63,381 nucleotides of DNA, filler included, from Craspedostauros australis (GCA_030167865.1; 13 parts of 13 records of this genome joined end to end with filler, not necessarily neighbours in it), one strand, 5' to 3'. Counted from the first letter of the whole stretch, positions 10,693-23,119 are shown. Made by a program: numbers and translations. The notes: generated by a model not told the origin, from the sequence alone.

Positions 10693-13358
10693 TTGATAAT
10701 CCAAAAGCAACTCATCTTCGATGCAGTGATGGAAGCAGGAGTGAGCCTGTTCCCAGGAGTCGCACAAGGAGTGCTGAGACCAATATGGGTGAACATGATG
10801 GGATCCATCCTATCCGAGCACTTCGAATCAATCGAAGAGATCCTCGTCAATGCGATCATCATCAACCGCATACTGGAAGGGAACGACTCGGAAACGATCC
10901 CAGAGACGGATCTGCATTACATCCTTGGAGGATGCATGCGTGTGCTCTTACGCGAGCGATCACGCGTCCACCCATACAATCCAGCCACAGGATCACATCG
11001 AAGCAACACGATTCCATCGGACTACGCGCAACTACCCGATGACATGAACTACGAGGAACACCGCAATCCATACAACGAAGATGGAGTCCACGAAGACGAC
11101 GATGACGGCAGCTTTGACGACGAGATAGCTGCAGCAGCCGTGGAGCAGCTCCACGAGATGAGTAGCAGATACAAAGACAAGGTCAACAAGGACACCTGGC
11201 TTGCCGACAGCGGAGCCTCGTGTCACATCGTCAACTCAGACGCCACCCTCTTCAACGTGCAGCAAATCAAGTCCTTCGTCCAAGTGGGAGACAGCACGAA
11301 GCTGGACTCTCCCAAAATGGGATCCATTTGCTTGAAGGCCAAGCAACGAGACAACACCGGCCACATCATCCAGCTTGATGATGTGAAGTACACACCAAAA
11401 ATGGCGGTGAACCTTTTCTCTACGAAAAAGGCTCTGTACAACGGTTACCAGCTTGGTAACAACGGCATTCTGATGGACATCATCAACGGATCCGGAACGA
11501 AGATCGTGTTCGATCGAGTTTTCCCTACATCCAACGGATTCATCACGGGAGTACAGATGCATCCCATCATGCCGACAGACGACGACAAGGCTTGCACAGC
11601 CATCGTCAAGAATCCATCCAAGGAGATCAGCGCAGTGAATCTGCACCAAATGCTCGGCCACGCGCCACTCGAGACCATGAAGCGGACGGCCGCTCAGTAC
11701 GGATGGAAGATTATCGGCGAGATGCCGGTATGTCGCGACTGCGCGGTCGCGAACGCAAGAGTGAAGAANATNCCGAAGGCAACCATTCCNAGAGCNACTC
11801 GCCGTGGCGAACGGCTCTTCATTGACATTAGTTACACTAAACACATAAGCTTCGGAGATAAACGCTACTGGACCCTGATCGTGAACGACTGCACGGATCA
11901 CTGCTGGAGTTTCTTTCTCAAGAACAAAAGTGATCAACCAGGGTACATCAAACGATTCATCCAAACGATCAAGTCACAGACTGGTGACCAACAGATCATC
12001 TTCCAAGGTGACAACAGCGGAGAGAACAAATCCACACAGGATATTCTCATCGATGCAGGACTCAACGTGAAATTCGAATTCACCGTATCGAACACGCCGC
12101 AACAGAATGGCAGAGTGGAACGCAAGTTCGCGTACCTCTACACCAAGATCCGTTCCCTGCTCAATGGAGCACAACTCGACGAAGAGTATAGACATGGTCT
12201 GTGGGCAGCAGCTGCTAGCACTGCCACCGCCATCGCCAACATCACCGTAGCGAAGAACCAGAAGGAATCACCACATCGACAATTCTTCGGCAACGATCCA
12301 CCATATGCGGACGCGCTCCGCACGTTTGGAGAGGTAGGTGTTGTGAAGACCACCTACGGCGGGATCACCGCCAAACTCAAGAACAGAGGAGAAGAGATGG
12401 TGTTCATCGGATATGCACACCAACACGCATCAGGGGTCTACAACATGTATAGACCATCGACCAAGTCACTCATCTGTTCACGAGACATCAAGTGGCTCAA
12501 TCAATCATACGGACAGTTCCGTGGCTGGGCACCAGCACCGAACATATCCAATGAAACAGGAACAACGGACGCAGACGGCTTCACAACCATCGGACGNNNN
12601 NNNNNNNNNNNNNNNNNNNNNNNNNNNNNNNNNNNNNNNNNNNNNNNNNNNNNNNNNNNNNNNNNNNNNNNNNNNNNNNNNNNNNNNNNNNNNNNNNNNG
12701 AGGATAATGAGGACGACGGAGTAGTGACTCAACTAATCCAGAATGACGAGGAAGATCGGAACGAATCCAATCATGAGGATGACAAGATCACACCATCCGG
12801 CGACGAAGCCGAAGATGATACAGGCATCACTCCTCCGAACACACCAGCAAGGTCTACACATGACACACCATCCAGACCTCCACCAAGCAAACCAAGCAAG
12901 CATGACATAGCTAGAAAGGAGAGAATCCGACGTCACGAAGCACGAGGCAGGAAGGGAGAAGCTAATCCCAAGCCAACCACAGGGAAGAGCATTCCCAGAG
13001 CTCTGCGTGAGCTTGCAGACTTCAACGAACAAGGTCGAGAGGAAGAGGGTTATGAGAGCAAGTCATCATCCAATGACGATAGTGACGAACTGAGCGATGA
13101 GGTAACCGACGAGTCCAACAACGAAACTACAGATGANGAAGAAATCGAAGACGAAGATGAAGAGATCGAGATCACTCATCATAGCACAACAGGACTATAC
13201 GGGATGAACGCAATCATCACTGAAGCACCAGCGATCGACATCGGACTGTCAATGCAGGACGAGAACAAGGAACCAGAGAAGCACATCGAACCAACAACAT
13301 TCGATGGAGCCTTCAATCACCCAGATCCCATCCATCGAAAGGGATATCGAGCAGCCAT
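10693..13358 (+). mobile_element. Ty1/copia pol: protease, GAG-pre-integrase, integrase and acidic linker toward RT
   Basis: WLADSGASCH protease; HQMLGH...CRDC zinc finger; LFIDIS, GDNSGE and PQQNGRVERKF (DDE); FIGYA; SRDIKW; EPTTF. Confidence 0.92.
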
Positions 13359-13458
13359 NNNNNNNNNNNNNNNNNNNNNNNNNNNNNNNNNNNNNNNNNN
13401 NNTTAATTAATTAANNNNNNNNNNNNNNNNNNNNNNNNNNNNNNNNNNNNNNNNNNNN

Positions 13459-13759
13459 ACATCGCCAGCGACTCAGAGGAGAAGGACACGGAGGAAAGTA
13501 CAGCCTCTTCTCAGCACTGAACCATGAGGGTCAGTGCAGAGCTGTGCCAATACATGACCATCGTTTCTCCATCCTGCCTACAGCTACTAACTCATAATAC
13601 CAACTTCGGATTAGTACAAACACTACTACTCTATTCATCGTTACACGCCTTGACAGTCATACAACATTCAAGCCCAGTGAACTGCGTTAATCGGCCTCAT
13701 TTGAAGCCGGCAGTCCACAAGGCCTACTCCGGTTCGTCTACGAAAGTACACGAATCCTA
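13459..13759 (+). mobile_element. 3' part of a 5' LTR, apparently ending ...CCTA
   Basis: Lies immediately upstream of a 20-nt PBS and the gag-pol ORF. Confidence 0.55.
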
Positions 13760-13761
13760 AC

Positions 13762-13781
13762 TGGTAGCTGCGAGTGGTTTC
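13762..13781 (+). promoter_or_regulatory. Primer-binding site for initiator tRNA-Met
   Basis: TGGTAGCTGCGAGTGGTTTC is complementary to ...GAAACCACUCGCAGCUACCA-3', with the A1:U72 pair and GAAAC T-loop end typical of eukaryotic iMet. Confidence 0.85.
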
Positions 13782-14187
13782 ATTACATTCACCCAACTCT
13801 ATTGAACGACTTCCTCTGCCAACCGCTCGCACGGTCTCTCAGAGACCAAGCCAAAAGGCGCAGCTCGCAAACCGAGCAACTCAACTCAAGCAAGACCCCA
13901 AGGTCTTCATCCGAATGCATCTGAGTCATCGTCAGACGCCATCGCTCGAAAACCGAGCAATCCAAGACAAAAGTCCCACCTGCCAGTGACCAACAGTGTC
14001 ACCTGACAGCAGCCTCTGCCAAGCAAGCAATCCAACCGCTTGAACACCAAGTGCTTGCCTCCTCAAGAGCTTTCGCCGAGTCTCAGTGCACACCTTCCAA
14101 AGAAGTGAGACCAAGCGAAATCAGCAGGACGCAAGAAAGATCGATCCGTGAAGTCCGAAGACCTCTCTGAAGCCCACGCCATCCACC

Positions 14188-17100
14188 ATGACGGATGCGG
14201 CTATCCCCCTCACGCTGGAAGAGCTGCAAGCGCAGCTCCAAGCGCTCACCACTGAGAATGCGCGCCTCACACAGGCCGCAATCGCAGCCGAAACAGCTGC
14301 AGAAGCAGCAAGGGTGGCAGCGGCAACCACGCAAACAGCGTCGGGAACCAGCGCCACCCCTCTCCGCGCCGGTCTCAACCCAGGCGGAACCGGGACGACA
14401 ACCCGTGATGACCCCAACCCTTCCTTCCTAAGCGGGAGTCTCTTTGGCGACATCGAGACTCCAGGAACCAAAAAGAGGGACGATCCCGGCAGCGAAAGCG
14501 AAGACGGAGATCCCGACCTCTCCGGCAAGCCCACGGCCCCCATCATGGGAGGTCTCCGCCTGCAAGGCCGCAACTGGGTCCCCTGGACAGGAGGAGCACC
14601 GAACTCAACCTGGACGGGCCTCGAAGACGAATCCCAGACCATGTGGACGAACTCCCAACAGCAGAAAATCCTTCACAACGGGGCGGACTCCACCAACCAA
14701 TCCAAGCGCGAAACTGGGTTAACCGACAAGTTCAAGAAAGGGAACAGCATTCAGCAGTTCGTTCGCCTTGTGCGAAATCACCTGTCCAAGACCGGACTCA
14801 TCACCATGGCTTACATCTCCAACGACACAGCCACATCCAAGATGACCTGTGTTCTCGATGCTCCGGCTTCCTTCACTCTTGAAGACGCCACAAGGCACTT
14901 CGATGAGTACAGTCCGAGATGGGACCACTACGACGTCCAGAACAACTGGGCGGCCGCAGCCTTCTTCCGTGACAGCCTTGACCCAGCCCTTGAAGACCAG
15001 CTGATGAACCGCATCGAGCCGAAGTACCACAACAACTTCATCACACTCTTCATCGAGTTCATGAACAGCATCACGGCCAACTCGCTGGATGAGCAAGACA
15101 TGATCACGGATCGCATTCGCTCCGTCCGAAGTCACCAGTTTGCTGGTGACAACGTGGGATCCATGGCCGTCCATCTCCGTTCGCTCTGCAAACGCCTCGA
15201 CGACGCCGGTCGCTTCGACCTCCGTCTCCTCCGCAACATCCTTGACGCCTTCCTCCAAGCAGGGGGAAAGAGCCTCTCCAGTGAACAGTACCGACGTCCT
15301 CTCTATGTGATGAAGGATGACCTTGAGAAGATCCTCATGCGTCTCCCTGTATTCACGTACGAGCACGCCTTGCCAAAGCTGGCCGCCAAAGACCTCACAT
15401 GGATGGCGATTTGTAACAAGGCACAGTCCTCGTACGACAACGAGGTACGCGGGGACCGCTGGCATGCCACTCGACGCGTCAGGGACACCGGTGTTCCTAG
15501 AACTTCGTACGCGAACAACGCCACGAACAAGCACAGCGCTAACGTCCTCGAACAACACAGAGGGTTCACCAAGAAGAACGGAACGAAGGTGCCAGCCAAA
15601 AAGGGCAGAGAACACGACGGCAATCGTAACTCCAATCGTGGGTGGTCTTCCACGCCACCCAAGCCCGGGGAGCCACAGCGCAAGCTCGTCAACGACAAGA
15701 CCTTTATGTGGTGTGCCAAGTGTCGCCGATGGCGTCTCTCGCACAACACAGAGAGTCACCAGGACAACTTCAAACCTAAGGCAACCGGCAAGGCAAACCC
15801 CAAGACTGACAATCTCGAAATCGACATGGCGGCTTGGACGTGTTTCACCGCCGCAGCCAACCAGGACGAAGACACCTGGTGGTCTCTAGTCTGGAACCTC
15901 TTCACCTCCTTCAACTACCTCAATGGAACCATTGGCGTAATCCTGTTCTTCGCAACGCTTCAAGTCATCGCACTAGGAGTTGAACATGGATGGTATATCG
16001 CAGCGGCAAACGTTTGGATGATCACAGCTATCACGCTGATACTACTACACACCAACGTCCCGCGAAGGCCACACACTCTCCGCTCCAACGATCTGACCTA
16101 CTCAAAGGCGAGGATGAAGGAAGAAGCCAAGCGACACCAAGTTCGTCCAACCCGCTTCAATGAAGCTGTAACACGCAGTCTTCATGACGTGATGATTGAG
16201 CAGGCCAAAACGTCCGACCAAACGCCAAAACAAAACAAGCGTCGTTGGGTTCGCCGAACCCGAACCAAAACTCGCAAAGCGAAACCAAGGCGTTTCAACC
16301 GAAGTGGTCCGAAATTGTCAACCAAGCCACCCACTTATGGCAAGAGACACTATTCACCACCTCAAGGGTCGCCTTGCGTGACTGATCGGCACCACCATCG
16401 CACTTTTGAAGGTCAACCCCTCTCACACGAATTTTGGCGTCTCTATCCCAAATTCGACCTCACGACTGGTGAGCGCGAAACCACAGCGTGCTCCACGTCA
16501 TTCGAAAATCTCCTGACTCTCCATGGCCTTGCCTCCTTTTTCACTAATCGTCACGCTTTCGCGTCCCCCCAAAAGGCCGAAGGTTATCTGTCCCCCAGTG
16601 AACCTTTTGAGCTCGTGTGGGACAGCGGGGCATCCATCTCTGTCACCAACGATATCAACGACTTTTGTGATACTCCAAACGCTCCTCCAAAACCGACTTT
16701 TCTCAATGGATTCCTGAAAAAGATCCAAGTGAAAGCGCTCGGGACTGTGGAGTGGCACGTTCTGGATGTGACGGGCAGCCCGCGTACGCTACGACTACCC
16801 GCCTTCCATGTGCCTCAATCACGCGTCAAGCTCATCAGCACGTCAAGCCTCTTGGAAGAATACCCTGGTGAGACCATCACCTTTGACAAGACCTCCTGCA
16901 AACTCAGCGGAATTAAGGGAAGCGACAACCGAAACGCAATCATCGCGATCTACAAGAAGACGACGAAGCTCCCCACCTCAACTGGATATGGCTCGGACAA
17001 CATCCACGACCTTCCATCGGCACTCTCCTCAATCGTCTCAACTGTCTCGGAACACAACGTGAATATATCCGAACCGCAAAAAGAACTCCTTCGATGGCAT

Positions 17101-17474
17101 TATCGCCTCGGACACTTATCCTTCGGTCGAGTGAAGTTCCTATTGCGATCGGGTGTGCTCACAGGGTCCGAAGCATCAAAGAAGATGCACACGGCAGCTG
17201 CCAAAGTGATGAGCCTCCCCCTCTGCGCTGCGTGTCAGTTCGGAAAACTGCACCGACGCCCATCACCAGGTATAACTCAGCATGTTGTCCGTGACAGACA
17301 AGGAGCCCTACGCACCGATCACCTGTTCCCTGGCCAACAAGTATCCGTTGACCACTTCATCGGACGCACACCAGGACGCCTCTTCTCAGGACGAGGAAAA
17401 GGCGACCCAACCGACATGCACAAGGGAGGAGCCATCTTCGTAGACCATGCTTCAGGTTACATCCACGTGGAACC
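14188..17474 (+). mobile_element. CoDi-like Ty1/copia Gag-Pol single ORF (gag, Zn knuckle, hydrophobic segment, protease, integrase N-terminus), 3'-truncated
   Basis: Uninterrupted ORF of about 1095 codons; WCAKCRRWRLSHNTESH; LVWDSGAS; WHYRLGH...CAACQFGK; PGQQVSVDHF; IFVDHASG. Confidence 0.92.
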
Positions 17475-17574
17475 NNNNNNNNNNNNNNNNNNNNNNNNNN
17501 NNNNNNNNNNNNNNNNNNTTAATTAATTAANNNNNNNNNNNNNNNNNNNNNNNNNNNNNNNNNNNNNNNNNNNN

Positions 17575-17657
17575 TACCATTCCGGTTCCAGTCAGTCCTC
17601 ATGGGAGCTGCGGCAGAATACGGTATCTTTGCAAAGTCGTACCCCCGATTCCTGACA
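17575..17657 (-). mobile_element. 5' end of an LTR family A copy, truncated by contig end
   Basis: Reverse complement reads TGTCAGGAATCGGGGGTACG...TGCCGCAGCTCCCA. Confidence 0.8.
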
Positions 17658-20600
17658 GACGTTTCTGTGACATGGAACTGAGATTCAGTATGGACAGCAT
17701 CCGCATCTCCTGCATTGTTTGTACTTTCTACATCTACTTCTATGCCATCACCTTACTGTACCTGAGCAATATCGAATTATGTCTTCCTCGGTTCGCCATC
17801 TATGCTAAGAACAGTCATCGTCTTGTTGCCTTATGCCAGCGGACGATTGATGTTCATACAATTGATGTTGTTTTGCTAATGATGATGGATGTAAGACCAA
17901 ATTGTGATTACTTGAGCTATCTCTCTCTTCTGCTGTCTGCACCTCTTGGTCGATCGTATTCATGCATTTCGAGATGATTTGGTTAGCACTTCTCCCAAAC
18001 CCGAGCCATTCTCTATTTGTTTTCTCGTTTTGGTTGGAGGTCAATGGTTGAAGAAGTGTCTTCTCATATGCAATTATTTCTGCACGATCAAATCTGTGTG
18101 CAGAGTTTTCACGTGACCAGAGGCGTGGGAGATGGGGTGAAACCTGTCTGTTCTGAAAATTATGTCCGTGCAGGGCAGTCATTTGCTCAGTGTGGATCCT
18201 ACTTGTGGTTTGTGCGGTATCGTCTGTCCATTGACACTCATCATTCGGATTCGGCCAGATTCGTGAATTGGCACTAAATCTGCACACTCCCTCTTGTCGG
18301 TGGCATGAGCGGACCGCGCTTACCATCCCAATAGTTGCAATCGCAGAGATTCGAATAGTGGATGTGCCAAGAGCTTGGTGAATACATCAGCCATCTGGTC
18401 CAACGTGTCGACCTTTTCAATGGTGATGAGCCCTTTGCTGACAGCTTCATGGAAGTGATGGTATTTGACATTGATGTGTTTGGTACAAGGACGCATTCTG
18501 GGTGCGTTTGTGAGTTCGAGGGCACCGGAGTTGTCCTCAAATGCTGCACAGTGAACTGTTGGCGGAGAAGTGTTGAATGACGATATGTGCTGCTTCATTT
18601 CATTGATGAGGTGTATGATGGGTATAACCTCTCATAGAGCTTGGCTGAGAGCCACGTACTCGGCTTCTGTGGTGCTGAGTGCGACTTCTGTTTGCAGTTT
18701 GGAGTTCCATATGATGGAGAATCCTTCCTACAGGACAACGTATCTGGTACGACTTTTGCCGTGTTGGAGTCGTTGTTGGCTTGTGTGAAGCCTCCTGCAA
18801 AGTCTGCATCAGCATAGCAGTGAATGGAGTCATTGGGTAGGTGAGATGCGGAGTCCCATATCCCATGTGTGAGCAAGGTATCGTACAATCCATTCAATGG
18901 CATCTTTGTGTGACTTCATTGGATGAGCCATGAAGCGTGTGCATTGATGGACTGTGAAGCAGATGTCAGGTCTCGTCGATCATGTGAGGAAGTTGAGCAT
19001 CCCCACAACTGACCGATATTTGAATCGCCAAGTAGCAGCAGGGCCACCAGTGTCCATGTATAGGAGTGGTCTGACGGCTGGCGTCGAATCGGTTCGTCCT
19101 GGTGAGTCAGAATCGATCTTGGCTGCTCGTATGATTCGATCTATGAGTTGCGGTTGTGTGAGTGTGATGGTGTCATCAGTACGTTGGATGTGAACGCCCA
19201 GATACCCATTCATGTTGCCTTCATTGGTTTGTGTGAACCGTGCCTTGAGGCACTCGATGATGTCATCGATCTCGTGTTTGCGTGGGCCAATGATGATGGT
19301 GTCATCAACGTACAGCAGAATGGATGTGTTGTCCTTGTAGAGAAGGCATTCATCAACTTGGCTTTGCCGGAATCCATGCTGCATCAGGCTGTCAACCACA
19401 TGCCGATGCCATACCAATGCTGCTTGCTTGGTGCTGTACAGATTATTCTTGAGCTTGACAATGTGAGACCTGCTGTCTCCGTCCACGTTGCACCCCTGAG
19501 GTACTTGCATGAAGATGTCACATTCCACATTCGCTTGTGGGAACGCCAGAACGAAGTTGATTTGGCAAGTGTGCCAGTGCTGTTTGATGGCCATGGTGAG
19601 GAATGTCTGGATGGTGGACCATTGCACAACAGGTGCGAATGTTTCCCAGTAGTTGACACCATGTTGTTGCTCTCCTCCATGCACGCATAGCCGTGCTTTC
19701 CACTTGTAGATTTTGCCAGTTGCAAGTCTGTGTTTGCATTTGAATGACCAGACGGCTTTCAGGATCTTGTGCTCTTTTGGCACATGATTGCATTGGATGA
19801 CCTCCCAATGTTGTCTGGATTGGTGGTCTTCGATTTCCTTGTGCATTGCCCCAATAAATTTGTCGCAGCCAGGCTGCTTCTGCACTTGCCCCCAGTACAT
19901 AGTGTCATTGTCTGCAAGTGTTGCTGCGAATGACATAGGGTGCAGATCGCCCGAGTTCATGTTGAGGACGTCAGATGCGTGGAAGGATTGAGCAGTGTAT
20001 GTGTGGTAGGATTGGAGTTGGAGTGTAGGCTGGTTGGTCTCTGCACATTCTGTTGCAGATGGAGCAGATCGTGATGCGTTCTGTGTGGCAATGGCGTAGT
20101 TCCCTCTGAAGGTGAGCTTGCTGGTTGTCTTGGAAGACTGTGCCTTGGAAGGCTGGACCTTGGAAGGTTGTGCAACTTGTGCTGCATGTCAAGCTGGAAT
20201 GGCTTGGCGTCAGGTGCAGTGTGTGTGATCCCTGGAGGACGCGTGCTTGCGGAAAGCTGGTGCTGAACAGCACGTGTGATGCATTCGGAGCGCATCTGCT
20301 GCGACGGCTTGGCTGGTTCGTTGATGTGTGTGAGACGCTGCCACTGTGATGTGCCAGGAAGCAGTAGTGGGTTGGTCTTGACCGTTTGGAACCTGTCATC
20401 AAAGTTCAGATGGAACTGTGGCGATATGTACCCTGTGTCAATCTTGAGAACGATAGGTACGCTGCTCGCATGTTCAGCTGACATGCCAAGGAATATGGCG
20501 ATGTTGGCTTGGTTGCTCCACTTGGGAACCTGGGATCCCTGTTGCAGTGTGGCCTTGAGGATGTATACAGGGCATCCAAATGTGTGAAAGTGTTGCATCA

Positions 20601-22119
20601 AGGGTTGGACCTCAATCTGCGCAAATCGCTGGAGTGGCAATATACCTCCCTCTCGAGCAGCATTCCTTTGGATCTCAGAGGTGTAGTGCAGAGTATACAG
20701 CCATAGAGACGGATGAATGGCATCAGGCCAATGGTGCTGCAAATGCAAGAGCATCGAGCAAGTGGACTCTTGGAGGTCGCGGATGCGTCGCTCGGCGAAG
20801 CCATTCTGATGGTGAGCATTGACTCCACAGAATGTGATGGTTTGATTGGCTGCTGCGACAGCCGTGCGGAACAGCTGCTCAGCGAATCTGTCTTTGTCGG
20901 GGTGGCAGTGGTGTATGCAGACACCAAATGAGTGAGCATAGCGCTCGAAAGCCTGATTGGCTTGCAGCGTGTTGGCACCAGACTGGGTGAGCTGCAAGTG
21001 AACGTAGTCAATACCAAGGTACTGATCAGCAAACACTGTCACGCATGTGTATCGCGACCAGGTGTGCGTGCCGTTTTGCTGCGGAAGCACCCCAGGCTGG
21101 CAGGAGAAAATCTGGTGGACTGACACTATATGCCCTGGGAATCGCGCTCGTTTGACAACGTGCATGATATGGTTTGGCTTGCGCCGACGGATGGCTTTGC
21201 CATAGATGCACCCAGAGCAGAGAGGGAACTCGGCCTTGGCCAAGTGTCGTGGTATGATGCTGTGTGATGCCATGTTGCGCAAGACACGGAAGGGCAGGTG
21301 TCCCAAGTGATGATGCCACCGGAGTAGCTGTCCTTGTGCGTCAGACGCACCAACAGGATGTGTTGCCAACTGATCACGGACCAGTGTGTTGTTGTCTTGG
21401 AGAGGATCGGGCCTCAACTTGGCAAGCTTGGGATCTTCGTGAACCTCCATCATGTCATCAGGGACATTGTTGATGTTGAGAAGTTCTGAGTTGCTTGGAG
21501 GACTGGAAGTAGCAAGGAATGCTGGCGCATGTCACTTGGTGTTGGTGACAGACATCAAAGGCAGGTTGGTGCCTGGATGATGATACACTGTGACCTTGCG
21601 ACGTGAAGAGCGCAGGACAGTGTAGTTGCTGTATGTCATGCAGGTACGCAGGTGTCTGTCATGGTGATCGTGGGGACCTTGGTCAGACCATTGCTGCGGA
21701 CAGAACAGATGGATGCGAAGCTGTGGCGCATAGTATGCATTGGATATCTTAATCCGCAGTGGCCTGCCATTGTTGTCAAGTATTGTCCATGACAGTGTGC
21801 CCTTGGATTGGATGGGGATGGACCCTCCAACTCCTTCTATGGTCATACCATGGATAGGTTGAAGATCGTTGTTGAAGTTGCCGCATTGTCCAGAGACTGT
21901 GACAAACATGCAAGTGTTGATTCCGATTGGCACATCACCCATCCAATGCAATGCCATCTGCATTGCAGAGGTGCCTTGCAGGTCTGTGACTGATAAGGTT
22001 GACTGGATGGGCGTGCTGACATGTCAGTTCTCGCTGATGTTTCCATTGCTGGGAGCGGAATGCTGACTACTGTTGAAGTTTCCATTGCCGTCGTCGAAGT
22101 GGACGTGAGGAGCTGACTT

Positions 22120-22325
22120 TATCAGCACAAAATCGAATAGTGCTAAGTACGTTACTCCCGTAGCCCCCACTATCTATAAATTTCACTTGTGTTCGGATCA
22201 GCAATCGCATCGCCTGTAGCTCAACAGTAGAGCACCAGTAATTCTAACTGAGGTTCCGGGTTCGAATCCCGGCATGGTACTTTGCTTTTGCTCTCCCCTC
22301 GTGATTTTTCGATAGTGCTCTTTCA
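22120..22325. mobile_element. 206-bp insertion with 5-bp TSD (GACTT) and TA...CA / TG...TA ends; solo-LTR or TRIM-like element carrying a tRNA-like gene
   Basis: GACTT at 22115-22119 and 22326-22330. Removing the insert plus one TSD restores the host frame H-T-K-S-A-P-H-V-H-F-D. Confidence 0.8.
22210..22280 (+). tRNA. tRNA-like Pol III gene or pseudo-tRNA (TTC at the anticodon position, non-canonical)
   Basis: D arm GCTC/GAGC; anticodon arm CAGT-AATTCTA-ACTG; T arm CCGGG-TTCGAAT-CCCGG (perfect B box). Acceptor stem only 4 of 7 paired and no U33. TATAAA at 22175-22180; T4 and T5 runs at 22286 and 22305. Confidence 0.7.
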
Positions 22326-23119
22326 GACTTGGTGTGTACCTTGGCGGATTTGGATGAGGATGATTTCTTGTCATACAAGTGCTTCTTCCCGGAGGATTCA
22401 GCATGCTTGCCAGATTGGGCGTGACAGTTGGATGTCTTGTGCTTGCCCCATGCCTTGTGGTTGTCACACCAATGGAAGGTGGTTCCCTGGTGGACAAAGT
22501 GCCTGGGGTTGTTGCCCTTTGGCGGATCTTGATTGGCAAGAGGGTGGTTGCTGCCTTATGGCAAGCTGTCCCTTCATTGTCCTTCTTGTTGTTTGCTTGC
22601 TTGCTGGATGATTTGGTGATTGAGGCTTTGAGTTGCTTTGTCTTGGCTCGGAGAGCAAGGAGCTGCTTGTCGCAAGAAAGGCAGTTCCATGTGCTGGCAT
22701 TGACCACGCTCTGGTACTTGGTCTCAGCAGTATTCATGAGACTGATGTAGTCTGGAGTACCGCAGTCGCTGCAGTGCTGGATGTGGCTGACAAACTCTTC
22801 ATTGTATGATATGTTGTATGCAGTGATGAGTGCAAAGGTGACTTTGCTGCCAACTGTTTTGCCTTTGGACTGGAGAGTGAAGACTTGGTTGTGAACGTGG
22901 TTGTTCAGCTGCTTGATGTTGTTGTTGAAGTCTTTGAGCTTCAACCAATGTAGATTGATACCAACCGCACCACTCCAAGCACACTCCCAAGAGTANNNNN
23001 NNNNNNNNNNNNNNNNNNNNNNNNNNNNNNNNNNNNNNNTTAATTAATTAANNNNNNNNNNNNNNNNNNNNNNNNNNNNNNNNNNNNNNNNNNNNTCAAT
23101 ACCGATGACAATCAGCGCC

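Larger units (their letters stand above)
17666..22995 (-). mobile_element. Decayed CoDi-like copia element: gag (22330-22995), protease (21532-21963), integrase (19957-21453), RT (18980-19960), RNase H (18320-18900), PPT and putative 3' LTR (about 17666-18286)
   Basis: WCDNHKAWGKHKTSNC knuckle; WHHHLGH...CSGC; HHQNGFAERRI; KWKARLCVHG, LYVDD; YADADFAG, EDNSGA, ADVFTK; PPT AAGAGGGAG then TGTGCA. Frameshifts and stops present. The distal LTR end is tentative. Confidence 0.88.

Noticed and set aside
9603..13358. One continuous retroelement from LTR B through pol
   Set aside because: A contig spacer at 10491-10590 separates the parts; continuity cannot be shown.
22210..22280. Functional tRNA-Glu or amber suppressor serving the retrotransposon
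   Set aside because: The acceptor stem is poorly paired, U33 and the D-loop GG are missing, CUA is out of register, and the insert post-dates and disrupts the host ORF.
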